This document shows, one piece after another, positions 51,787 through 60,822 of a stretch of DNA of 64,000 bases. The DNA comes from Candidatus Hodarchaeum mangrovi. Lineage in GTDB: Archaea; Asgardarchaeota; Heimdallarchaeia; Hodarchaeales; Hodarchaeaceae. The notes under the pieces were generated by a model. The model ran no database searches. It was not told the DNA's origin and saw only the letters and a list, made by a program, of their open reading frames with translations. The DNA lies in NCBI GenBank assembly GCA_016839515.1, contig JAEOUE010000207.1, positions 28,528-92,527 of the forward strand, read 5' to 3'. A program made the position numbers and the translations under genes. Position 1 is the stretch's first letter. Each line of letters opens with the position of its first letter.

Positions 51787-52173
51787 TTGGTGATGCTTGA
51801 TCCACTAGCAAATGCTATGTCCACGATAGCCAATGCAGAAATTTTAGGGAAAAAAGAAGTAGCGATCCGACCTGCAAGCCGTATAATTGCTAATGTCTTA
51901 CGAGTAATCCAAAAATATGGAGCAATCGGAGAATTCGAAGTCATGGAAGATTTATGGATAATTTCAGTTCAGCTCTTAGGACGAATAACAAAAATTGGGG
52001 TTATTAAACCACGATATCCAGTTAAAGTTTCTGATTATGTAGAATGGGAAAAGCAGTACCTTCCAGCCCGAGACATGGGAATATTAGTTGTATCAACATC
52101 CGAGGGAGTCATGTCTCACCAAGAAGCAAAGGAACGTAACCTTGGAGGAAGATTACTAGCTTATGTGTATTAG
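51787..52173 (+). CDS. rps8: 30S ribosomal protein uS8
   Basis: DPLANAM...STSEGVMSH...GGRLLAYVY. Confidence 0.97.
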   Translation: MVMLDPLANAMSTIANAEILGKKEVAIRPASRIIANVLRVIQKYGAIGEFEVMEDLWIISVQLLGRITKIGVIKPRYPVKVSDYVEWEKQYLPARDMGILVVSTSEGVMSHQEAKERNLGGRLLAYVY

Positions 52174-52195
52174 AGGATTTAGGAAGGACTAAATA

Positions 52196-52747
52196 ATGCG
52201 ACATCATTCAATAGAACGGGTAATTAAAGTCCCAGAGAAGGTGACTGCTACCCTTAAACCTACTCGAGACGGACAGGAAATCCACATCGAAGGACCAAAG
52301 GGAAAATTATCCCGTGTATTCAATCGATTACAGGTTAATTTAACTCAAGAAAAGAACACCTTGAAAGTTCAGAACTACTTTGGGAGTAAAAATGAGGCAT
52401 CAATGGTAGGAACAATTGCTGGACATATTCAAAATATGATTACTGGTGTCACGAAGGGGTTCACATATAAAGTCCAAGTAATAACCTCCCATTTTCCTGC
52501 TACTGTAGAAGTTCAAAAAGAAGTTATACTAATAAAAAATCTTTATGGTCGCCGTGATCCTATTCGTGTCCCTGCAGATGCTGATGTAACTACAAAGGTT
52601 GAAGGAGATCTCGTAATTTTTACAGGAATCGATAAGGAGAAAGTTGCTCAAGCAGCTACCAGATTAGCAGAAGCTACCCGGTTGCGTGGAAAACGGGGAA
52701 AGGACCCTACAGTATTTCAAGATGGACTCTATGTAGTTTATCCCTAA
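52196..52747 (+). CDS. rpl6: 50S ribosomal protein uL6
   Basis: GPKGKL, HIQNMITGVTKGF, KDPTVFQDGLY. Confidence 0.96.
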   Translation: MRHHSIERVIKVPEKVTATLKPTRDGQEIHIEGPKGKLSRVFNRLQVNLTQEKNTLKVQNYFGSKNEASMVGTIAGHIQNMITGVTKGFTYKVQVITSHFPATVEVQKEVILIKNLYGRRDPIRVPADADVTTKVEGDLVIFTGIDKEKVAQAATRLAEATRLRGKRGKDPTVFQDGLYVVYP

Positions 52748-52972
52748 GGTATTTTTAGAATAATCCCTTTTTTTCGCTGAAATTACCTTTGCTTCCCCAA
52801 ACAAAGATTATTTGGGAATTTGTATTAATCTATGATTTTATTTCTATTAATTACATCCTTTGATTAATTTTAATTTCAAAATAATTTTCTATTTGTATAT
52901 TGTCTTTTTAAAACATCCAAATTAGAATATAAATTAATTTAAAACTAATCTTATTAAACAAAGAGAAGAAAA

Positions 52973-53076
52973 CGGCACCAGCAGGACTTTCACTCCAAAA
53001 AATCCTCTTTTGGGGCTTTGAACCTGCGACCACCCGGTTAACAGCCGGACGCTCTACCTAACTGAGCTATGATGCC
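52973..53076 (-). tRNA. tRNA-Asn(GUU) with 30-nt T-loop intron at 59/60 (52987-53016)
   Basis: TCCGG CT GTT AA CCGGG; central helix TTCA/TGAA, bulges AA|G and AG|T; 74-nt mature tRNA. Confidence 0.92.
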
Positions 53077-53092
53077 ATTGTTTTGTGTTTCA

Positions 53093-53169
53093 TGGGCCTG
53101 GGGGGATTTGAACCCACGAACCAACCGGTTATGAGCCGGTCGCTCTAAACCAGACTGAGCTACAGGCCC
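53093..53169 (-). tRNA. tRNA with CAU anticodon, most likely tRNA-Ile2
   Basis: GGGCCTG acceptor and CGG CT CAT AA CCG arm resemble tRNA-Ile(GAU); 16 nt upstream of tRNA-Asn. Confidence 0.88.
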
Positions 53170-53283
53170 TTTTAGCTTCTTTTTGATTTTGGAGTTTACA
53201 ATAGTGGATTATTAATGTTTAATCCTTCTAAAACTATTCTTTATTACAATTTTCTAGATTATATTTAATTTTTTAATTCTTGT

Positions 53284-53390
53284 GTGAACTACCACTAGCT
53301 AAAGCAAGTGGCTTCCTACGAGTTCACAGAACCCTGATCTATCAGAAGCGAGGAAAAGATCGTTTTAACATTGGCTTTGTATCTGTGAAG
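53284..53390 (-). mobile_element. Orphan IS200/IS605-family right end (reRNA/omegaRNA-like), no tnpA or tnpB
   Basis: GTGAACTCGTAGGAAGCCACTTGCTTTAGCTAGTGGTAGTTCAC: subterminal hairpin and terminal TTCAC. Confidence 0.65.
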
Positions 53391-53428
53391 TTTTAGCTAA
53401 AATAGTTCATTAAATTTCTAATTCTTTT

Positions 53429-55291
53429 TTAGGTTTGTTCAGATTTATTTTCAGAGTCTAACACCTTATGTACCGAGATAAATGCTTCTAATATAGGTTG
53501 AATTAATTTAAATGGAATATTTTTCGTTGCGATCATTGCACATACGAGAATCATGTCAATATATTCAAGTTCCTCTTCTTCGAATTTTTCTTCGGAGATG
53601 ATAATTCCTATAAATTGTGATGCCACTTCAGGAAACTCGAGGTCTTCAGGGGGTACTCGATTCATAACAATCTTTGTACTTCGGATCATGGCCAATCCTG
53701 TGTCAATGTAAGCGTTAGTAAGGGGAACATCAAAGAAATCAAGATTAAATAGGAGCTCTTTGACTTCTTCTGTAGTTGGATCTTCCTCAGCTTGAAAGAT
53801 AGCAGCTTTGGTGATATTTTCTAAATAAAGTACAAGATCTATCTTCTTAAAGTAATTATCTACTCTTATCAACCGTTTTGTAGTTAATCTTACATCGTGA
53901 TAATAGATGTTATCACAATCATCGCCTAAATGGCTTATGACTTGTAGGAGGGTAAAAATAGCCCTTCCAAATAGATTTATTAAATGTATCTGTCCAGAAA
54001 TTGTCACATGCTTTAAGTCTCGCACTAGAATCATAATTGATAGTTGCAATAACCCTTGAAAGAAATGCCCTGTCTGTGTTTCCTCTTCATCTAAAATTTC
54101 TTCCAGCTCTGCTATCTCATCTTTATCAATATTATATTCTTTCATTAGCTTTAATAGTTCATCAATATTATGTTGTTGAATTCCAGAGGGATATTCACTT
54201 TTTTGAACATAAGCAGCTTTTAAAATAGGTGTTATTGCCAGTTTTTTTTGCTCACGATCATTTGTCTCGGAATAAATTTGTTCAACTAATTCAGAAGCTT
54301 TTGAAAGATGGTAAAAAACAAAATCTTCTCCCAAAAGATATTCAAGAGCTAGATTGAATAATGCTCCAAACCATTTTACATGAAAGCTTTTGGCAAAGGC
54401 AAAAGATGTCAAAAAGATGTTCTCAATGTTCCACATTTCTTGTGTTATTAAAGAAGGGTTAGTATAGTATTTGTCAAACACGAAGTGTTTTAAATTACGG
54501 GATGCTTGGTAATCGAAAGCATCCACATCTAGAACCATAGCTGGAAGCCATGTGGGTATTAATGATACTGTAAAATTAAATGCTTTAGCAAATTCTGATA
54601 AATCTTTAATTCTAATATGTCCTTTCTCAAATGGTGTATCAAATTTAGGCGTTAAAACCTTCTCTGGATGGTCATAACTTAGTTCCACACCTATATATTC
54701 TAGGAGAAGGCTACAGTACCCACGCTTGATCATTTCGACATTTACAAATATGTCTTTTAAGGTATATAATGTCATTTGGGAAATCTCGCGCAGAAAACGG
54801 AGAATTTCTTCATGTTCAAATGTTCCTGGAGGTATTAATGAAGCAAGTTGACCAAAAAATTCCAAACTGAAAACAAGTGAATTCCTCAAACGGACTTCCA
54901 ACCCTCGTTGTCGCTGTACCGAATGGAGAAGCTCATGGATTATCAATCCTTTGAGTGCACTTTTATGCTCCTCTTCTAGAAAGGAGGAATCTCGTTCTAA
55001 TCGGATAAATACAAACTCTTTTTCTTTATATCCATATGAAAATGATGTTTTGAATGAACCAGCTAAGATAATATTCAATCCTTCAATTTCTTCTTCAGGT
55101 AGGTCTAATAATGAAACATACTCAAGAACTCTGGTATCATTCTCAATGTCTGCAAAAATTATTGATAATTTACTTAATGAACTGCAAAAAGTAGCAATTT
55201 CGGTTGTTTTTATAAGTTGTTTAAGCTTTACTTTTAATTTGGTGAAAAAATCTAGAAACACTAATTCAGGAGAAAAAATAGAGGTTTTCAC
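53429..55291 (-). CDS. Hypothetical 620-aa protein with HExxH zincin-like motif
   Basis: GLIIHELLHSV; acidic, helical C-terminal part. Confidence 0.7.
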   Translation of the reverse strand: MKTSIFSPELVFLDFFTKLKVKLKQLIKTTEIATFCSSLSKLSIIFADIENDTRVLEYVSLLDLPEEEIEGLNIILAGSFKTSFSYGYKEKEFVFIRLERDSSFLEEEHKSALKGLIIHELLHSVQRQRGLEVRLRNSLVFSLEFFGQLASLIPPGTFEHEEILRFLREISQMTLYTLKDIFVNVEMIKRGYCSLLLEYIGVELSYDHPEKVLTPKFDTPFEKGHIRIKDLSEFAKAFNFTVSLIPTWLPAMVLDVDAFDYQASRNLKHFVFDKYYTNPSLITQEMWNIENIFLTSFAFAKSFHVKWFGALFNLALEYLLGEDFVFYHLSKASELVEQIYSETNDREQKKLAITPILKAAYVQKSEYPSGIQQHNIDELLKLMKEYNIDKDEIAELEEILDEEETQTGHFFQGLLQLSIMILVRDLKHVTISGQIHLINLFGRAIFTLLQVISHLGDDCDNIYYHDVRLTTKRLIRVDNYFKKIDLVLYLENITKAAIFQAEEDPTTEEVKELLFNLDFFDVPLTNAYIDTGLAMIRSTKIVMNRVPPEDLEFPEVASQFIGIIISEEKFEEEELEYIDMILVCAMIATKNIPFKLIQPILEAFISVHKVLDSENKSEQT

Positions 55292-55414
55292 GGGATCTCT
55301 TCCTTCTTAAGATTTAATTATTTATGAATTAAACTGTCTTAAATATAACCAAAATCCTGAGATTTGTAAAATCTCATTAATAATTTAAATCTTATATTAA
55401 AAAAAAATAGTCAA

Positions 55415-55702
55415 TTATTCGTTCTCTGGAGGTAAAAGGGGGAAAGGTTTTCCTAATTGAAGAATTTTAAGAGGAATATTTTCCTTGTGTGTTTCTAAGA
55501 ATTTTAAATCCTCATCTTTTTTTCTAAGATCATCGGGAAGCATGACTGGGATTGTTCCACGAATTGGATAAAACCTTGAACATTTTTGACAAAAAATTAC
55601 CCCTGATTCAACCTCATGAGGATTTTCTTGAAAAACAATGAGCTCTAGATCAGGATTTTTGCAGATAGGACAAGCTAAAATCTCCATTAAGTCTTTTCTC
55701 AT
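55415..55702 (-). CDS. Trm112-family methyltransferase activator
   Basis: LMEILACPICK...CQKCSRFYPIRGTIPVMLP. Confidence 0.9.
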   Translation of the reverse strand: MRKDLMEILACPICKNPDLELIVFQENPHEVESGVIFCQKCSRFYPIRGTIPVMLPDDLRKKDEDLKFLETHKENIPLKILQLGKPFPLLPPENE

Positions 55703-55748
55703 GATTTTTCCTCTATTTCTTTATCATACTGAAAAATTATCAGTTTTC

Positions 55749-55819
55749 CACTTCAGACGGCTCTTCAGAATGTCATTGTTGTAGGTACAACTCATGCGGG
55801 GATAACTTCATCATAAGTG
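55749..55819 (-). ncRNA. Stand-alone C/D-box sRNA with two guides to 23S rRNA domain V
   Basis: CACTT/AAGTG terminal stem; C ATGATGA, guide GTTATCCCCG, D' ATGA, hairpin GTTGTA/TACAAC, C' ATGACA, guide GAAGAGCCG, D CTGA. Confidence 0.85.
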
Positions 55820-55873
55820 ACTGATTTAATCGATATTCACTAATTTATCAAGTTAGTCTTGGTAATCAGTAAA

Positions 55874-56191
55874 TCAATAGGTAACAGGGTATATAAAGAT
55901 GAATATTCCAACAAAAACTATTATTAGAATACCTATTATAATCCATTCTCTAAATAAACGCTGTTGAATAGAAAATTTGGAATGTTTTTTTAATTGTGTC
56001 CGAAAATTCCATGTAATTAAAGTAAGAATAGCACACATAAAGATAGGCATTAGATTCTGAACTGTTCTATCCAGAAATAGTAAATATAATCCGATAGATG
56101 CTAGAAATATAATTCCATAACCGATTAAAGAAATGTCCATTAATTTAATCGCTTTAGGTAACATAGACCATTCTTCAACATCAGAACTCAT
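55874..56191 (-). CDS. Three-TM membrane protein
   Basis: 105 aa, three hydrophobic segments, GGAGG upstream. Confidence 0.65.
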   Translation of the reverse strand: MSSDVEEWSMLPKAIKLMDISLIGYGIIFLASIGLYLLFLDRTVQNLMPIFMCAILTLITWNFRTQLKKHSKFSIQQRLFREWIIIGILIIVFVGIFIFIYPVTY

Positions 56192-56539
56192 TCTTTATCC
56201 TCCAATATTCTCAATCTATCGCTTTTACAACTAGTTTTTTTGTTTTCTTTTCTTTTAAAAAGTTAGAATTCCTCATAATCCCTAATTAAGATACACTTAA
56301 ATTCATTGTCACATAAAATATTGTCTGTTATTTAGGTAAATCAACTTCTTTGATTAATCTAGCATTTTCTTTCCGTGCTTTTTAGCCTTTTAATGAATTT
56401 TTTAACTTTTTACTTGACATTTTGAGCAATAAACACATTTTTCAGGCTCAATCTTTTAAAATATTTGAAGTGTCAAAAAGAATATTTTAAAAATTCCTTC
56501 TTTGGGGCTAATGAGTGTTCAACAAAATGAGGAACTACA

Positions 56540-57874
56540 ATGAAACGTACAAACGTAGTCATTTTAGGTGCTGCAGGACGCGATTTTCATAATTTTAACA
56601 CCTATTTTAGGAATAATGAAGCTTATAATGTTGTTGCATTCACTGCAACTCAAATTCCTGATATTGCTGGCAGGAAATACCCTCCCGAATTAGCAGGTTC
56701 ACTCTATCCCGAAGGCATTCCGATACTTCCTGAAGAGGAATTACCAGAGATTCTTAGAAAATTTTCAGTTGAACAGGTTATTTTGGCATACTCAGATTTA
56801 CCCTATGATTATGTTATGCATACAGTATCTTGGATTCTCTCTTTAGGATCTGACTTTCGAATTATTGGACCAAATAATTCTATGTTAAAATCTAACCTTC
56901 CATTAATTGCTGTTTTAGCAGTTAGAACAGGAAGTGGAAAATCTCAAACAACAAGAAAGATTGGAAAGATATTAAGGAACATGGGGAAACGTGTAGCTGT
57001 CATTAGGCATCCAATGCCATATGGCGATTTGTTACTACAGAAATGTCAAAGATTTGGAACTTATGATGATTTAAGAAAAAATAAATGTACAATTGAGGAG
57101 ATAGAAGAATATGAACCTCATATAATGGAAGGAAACCTTGTTTTTGCTGGAGTTGATTTTGAAGAAATTCTTAAAGCAGCAGAAAAAGAAGCGGATGTCA
57201 TTCTTTTTGATGGAGGAAATAATGATTGGAGTTTATATCATGCTAATCTTAAAATAACTGTAGCAGACCCTCATCGGTTAGGGCATGAATCATCTTATTT
57301 CCCTGGTGAGGTTAATGTACGACAGGCTGATATTATAATTATTAATAAAGCAAATACTGCTCCTAAAGGAAATGTGGAAAAATTAACTGAAAACTTAAAA
57401 AAATTAAACCCTAAAGCAAGAATCATAATTGCTAACTCCCCCATTATTGTTGAAAATCCAAACTTGATTACGAATAAGCGAGTTCTTGTTGTTGAGGACG
57501 GACCCACACTAACTCATGGTGATATGAAATATGGGGCTGGATATATTGCTGCAACGAATTATAAGGCCAAAGAAATAATTGATCCTAAACCTTTTGCTGT
57601 TGGTTCGATCAAACAAACCTATAAAAAATATCCACATCTTATAGATGTCTTACCAGCCATGGGTTATGGAGATACACAAATGAAGGAGTTGGAGGAAACA
57701 ATAAATGCATCTGATTGTGAAACTGTTATAATTGGTACACCAATTGATTTGGGACGATTATTGTCAATTAAGAAATCTACAGTCCGTGTTAAATATGAGC
57801 TAGATGAGCAAGGACCCATAAAATTAGAGACAATTCTTGAAGAATTCCTTCAAAAATTTCCCTTTGAAAAATAA
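56540..57874 (+). CDS. COG2403 cDPG-synthetase-like P-loop protein, probable arginine synthetase (ArcE type)
   Basis: GAAGRDFHNFN, AVRTGSGKSQT, RHPMPYG, DGGNND, EDGPTLTHG. Confidence 0.8.
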   Translation: MKRTNVVILGAAGRDFHNFNTYFRNNEAYNVVAFTATQIPDIAGRKYPPELAGSLYPEGIPILPEEELPEILRKFSVEQVILAYSDLPYDYVMHTVSWILSLGSDFRIIGPNNSMLKSNLPLIAVLAVRTGSGKSQTTRKIGKILRNMGKRVAVIRHPMPYGDLLLQKCQRFGTYDDLRKNKCTIEEIEEYEPHIMEGNLVFAGVDFEEILKAAEKEADVILFDGGNNDWSLYHANLKITVADPHRLGHESSYFPGEVNVRQADIIIINKANTAPKGNVEKLTENLKKLNPKARIIIANSPIIVENPNLITNKRVLVVEDGPTLTHGDMKYGAGYIAATNYKAKEIIDPKPFAVGSIKQTYKKYPHLIDVLPAMGYGDTQMKELEETINASDCETVIIGTPIDLGRLLSIKKSTVRVKYELDEQGPIKLETILEEFLQKFPFEK

Positions 57875-57882
57875 AAAAAGGA

Positions 57883-58260
57883 TTAGTATGTTTCCTGAGT
57901 GGAAACTACAACAATGTATAATCCAATTACTGCTAAAACAGCACTTATAAATGCAATTATGACGCCTAGAAGAGGGGGACTCTCCATTATAAACATCCAT
58001 ACAGTAATTATCATACTTCCTACTAGACCAAGGCCACCTATTATTGTTGCCGTGTTACCCTCATTATAACCATATGATTCCCGATTTCCATATCCAATAC
58101 CAATCCCACCTATGATTCCTGCTATCCAAATGAAGAATAATTCAAAGTATTGAGTCTCTGGGAGATCAGTTAATATAAAATCAAGTCTTATGGCTGCGAT
58201 AGCTACTATCAAGAAACTTGAACCGAAAATTAAGGTTCCAATCAGTGTTGGGGTTTTCAT
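57883..58260 (-). CDS. Four-TM glycine-rich membrane protein
   Basis: 125 aa hydrophobic ORF. Confidence 0.65.
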   Translation of the reverse strand: MKTPTLIGTLIFGSSFLIVAIAAIRLDFILTDLPETQYFELFFIWIAGIIGGIGIGYGNRESYGYNEGNTATIIGGLGLVGSMIITVWMFIMESPPLLGVIIAFISAVLAVIGLYIVVVSTQETY

Positions 58261-58724
58261 AATATAAAACCTTCATTTTTTTCTTTTGAATAATACACTA
58301 TTTTTCCATATGTTTTCTCTTTTAATTGTTTTCATTGTTGATACTGATGAACATATTTGATGACATATACAATATAAAAGTTACGTGGTTTAAAATTAGA
58401 ACGTAAATAAGAGTGAGTAACAATTCAGATATGCTTTAGAAAACATAAAATTGTTCTTAGCATACGAAAGAGAATATACCTGTTCTTAAATAAGTGTTAG
58501 CTTATTTTAATAGCCTTTTTAAAAAAAGCATACCTCAAATCTTTTAAAGAGTACAGAAATATCTCAGAGAAGGAATGATGCTAGAACCATAAAAACTTAA
58601 GACTATAATTATTGGAAGTATTAATACCCGGTAATTCTTTGAAAAGGTATTTAATATCAAATAAGGCTGAAAGAAGCAATTAAAAGATTAAAAAAGCTCC
58701 TAAAAAGTATTTTTCCTTTAAAAT

Positions 58725-58828
58725 GGGCCCGTGGCTTAGCTTGGATAGAGCACTGCGCTGCGGAATATTGTCAACCCGACGATATTGAAGAAACGCAGGG
58801 GTCAAGAGTTCGAATCTCTTCGGGCCCG
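58725..58828 (+). tRNA. tRNA-Arg(GCG) with canonical 29-nt 37/38 intron (58764-58792)
   Basis: CTGCG CT GCG G|intron|A CGCAG; intron stem AATATTGTC/GACGATATT; A20. Confidence 0.94.
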
Positions 58829-58991
58829 TCAACATTTAGATAAATTCAATTTCTTTCGATATCCTTACTATGGAAATACACCTAATATCAGCATGACACA
58901 ATTAGTTTTAATGTTAGAGAATGAAAAATAATCACTCAAACCTCAATTCTATATATAGAGAGATTTTCCTATTTCTTATTAAATACTTTAA

Positions 58992-59324
58992 TTGGCAACT
59001 AAAATGACATCAATAATATCTGATTTTTATGATAGTTTAAATAAATCTTTTAGGTCTAAAAATCAGAGAGTACGATGTATCTCAATTACTGTTTTGCAGG
59101 ATGCAGACGATATAGAACTTGAAATGGAAAACCATGGACTTATAGTTATATTCTTTCGCGAATTTAGGATTAAACACCCTATGGAAGCAAAACGTTTTCT
59201 TCAATATTTAAATGCCTATATTAGGAAGTATCATTATTCTATCTTAAACCTTGGTAAATTTGATTATTTCTTACTTCTTCCTAAAGAATTTGAGCTGACA
59301 AAAGAGTCTCTATTATCTCATTAA
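58992..59324 (+). CDS. Divergent SepF-like protein
   Basis: Layout (LQDADDI...GLIVIF...AKRFLQYL...ILNLG..YFLLLP) resembles the archaeal SepF core. Confidence 0.55.
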   Translation: MATKMTSIISDFYDSLNKSFRSKNQRVRCISITVLQDADDIELEMENHGLIVIFFREFRIKHPMEAKRFLQYLNAYIRKYHYSILNLGKFDYFLLLPKEFELTKESLLSH

Positions 59325-59341
59325 TAGAAAAACGGGGTTTG

Positions 59342-60643
59342 TTATTCCCCTTTTCTAATATTCATTCTTAAGAAGAAAGCTGTCGTTATAAATAGTACAA
59401 CTGTAGCTAAAAATAATCCCCAAACTGCCAAATCCGGTGGGATGGGAAATGGAAAAGGTCTTTTTAAATAATTACGTCCTGCTGAGATTTCGATTGATAG
59501 ATAGCCTACTCTACTAGCAAGGAAAAGTACATTGCAATGTCCATAACTAAGTCCCTCTGTACTTATCCATCCAAAATAATTGGATTTATTGACTGGATCG
59601 AGTTGCATTGCTCGTGATTTCAAAATCTTTCCATCTCGCTCAAGGGCTATAAACACTTTACTCTGTGAAATACTTTGATTCTTTGTATCAACAAGCGTAA
59701 CATTACCTTTAATTATAACCCCTATTGATATTGAGGCATCATCTAGATCAACCCATGAGTTATAGAAACTCATGATACCTTGATTTCGTCCTAACCACCG
59801 AATCGAATTTAAAATAAAATCAGTATTATCAAGGAAAAGCAAAGTTGTGTTAGATATTGGTTCAATATAGCTATTATTACAAAATTGAGTAGAGCCAATT
59901 GCTAGTATCCGTGCTCCGTTCTCGAACTCAAGCGTGGAAGCTAGAGTATTGTTTTCTGAAACTGAATCTTCAGAATTCCTTAATAAAATTGGATTATTAA
60001 ATATAATGTCAGGAGATTTGTATTCCTCTATTTTCGTCTTATTACTAGAGATTCCCATTCCATTCGGAACAATAATTTGGGAGATATTTTCAGTAATGGG
60101 TGTAACTGGAGAGGTGAAATTTTGTGCTAAATAGAAATATTGAGGGGTCGCATTCAAAGATGATGTACGATATTTTTCAGGAATAAGAGAGCTTGATAGG
60201 TTGAATACTAATCCAAACGGTTCGAGAAGATCATTAATAGGTTCAGTGGTTTGATTGCGAAAACCTGAAGCCACAAGAAGAGAATTACCATTCTTAATAT
60301 ATTCTTCAACATTATTGATTTCAGCTTCAGTATATTTTTTGGTAGGCGCTAGAATAATCACAACATCCAAGTTTCTTAAGGTATTCTCTGTTAGTTCACC
60401 TTTAATAAAAACGATTTTCTGTGTACTGAAGGTTGAATTAAGGATATTAGTTAAATTAGTTATTTGTTTAGTCGTGAAATTATTTAAATGTCCAATATCG
60501 ATACCGATAACTATATCAACCTCTCTAGTAGGAGTAAATGCTCCCTGAGCTTGTAGGATACTTAGGTTGACAGTATTGGAACTCAATATGTTTAAGAAAA
60601 TGATTAATGACAAAATAATTAAAATCCTTTTTGTTTTAACCAA
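59342..60643 (-). CDS. Secreted, membrane-anchored GldG/DUF4350 (IFT52/Wbp1-like) domain protein
   Basis: Signal peptide; LDVVIILAP...YIKNGNSLL...INDLLEPFGL...GARILAIGS...FILNSIRWL; C-terminal TM. Confidence 0.7.
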   Translation of the reverse strand: MVKTKRILIILSLIIFLNILSSNTVNLSILQAQGAFTPTREVDIVIGIDIGHLNNFTTKQITNLTNILNSTFSTQKIVFIKGELTENTLRNLDVVIILAPTKKYTEAEINNVEEYIKNGNSLLVASGFRNQTTEPINDLLEPFGLVFNLSSSLIPEKYRTSSLNATPQYFYLAQNFTSPVTPITENISQIIVPNGMGISSNKTKIEEYKSPDIIFNNPILLRNSEDSVSENNTLASTLEFENGARILAIGSTQFCNNSYIEPISNTTLLFLDNTDFILNSIRWLGRNQGIMSFYNSWVDLDDASISIGVIIKGNVTLVDTKNQSISQSKVFIALERDGKILKSRAMQLDPVNKSNYFGWISTEGLSYGHCNVLFLASRVGYLSIEISAGRNYLKRPFPFPIPPDLAVWGLFLATVVLFITTAFFLRMNIRKGE

Positions 60644-60822
60644 TGTGCAATCCTCTTACTTTTTTTTCAACCTTTTTTATTTGATATTTCATCGTTAAAG
60701 TAATGTCAATAATTCAAGGGACATATAGTAACGTTTGAGGTCTGTTCTGTCCCATCTCTTAGCCTTTTTTATTTTCTTGTATAAGTGACAATGAATCGTT
60801 TATAACCTCTCAAACTCCCCCA

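Noticed and set aside
53093-53169. tRNA-Met assignment
   Set aside because: No A1:U72 or triple G-C anticodon-stem initiator features; acceptor and anticodon arms match tRNA-Ile
60715-60755. GGGACA/TGTCCC hairpin downstream of rpoH as a SECIS element
   Set aside because: No in-frame UGA selenoprotein candidate nearby and no clear SECIS core
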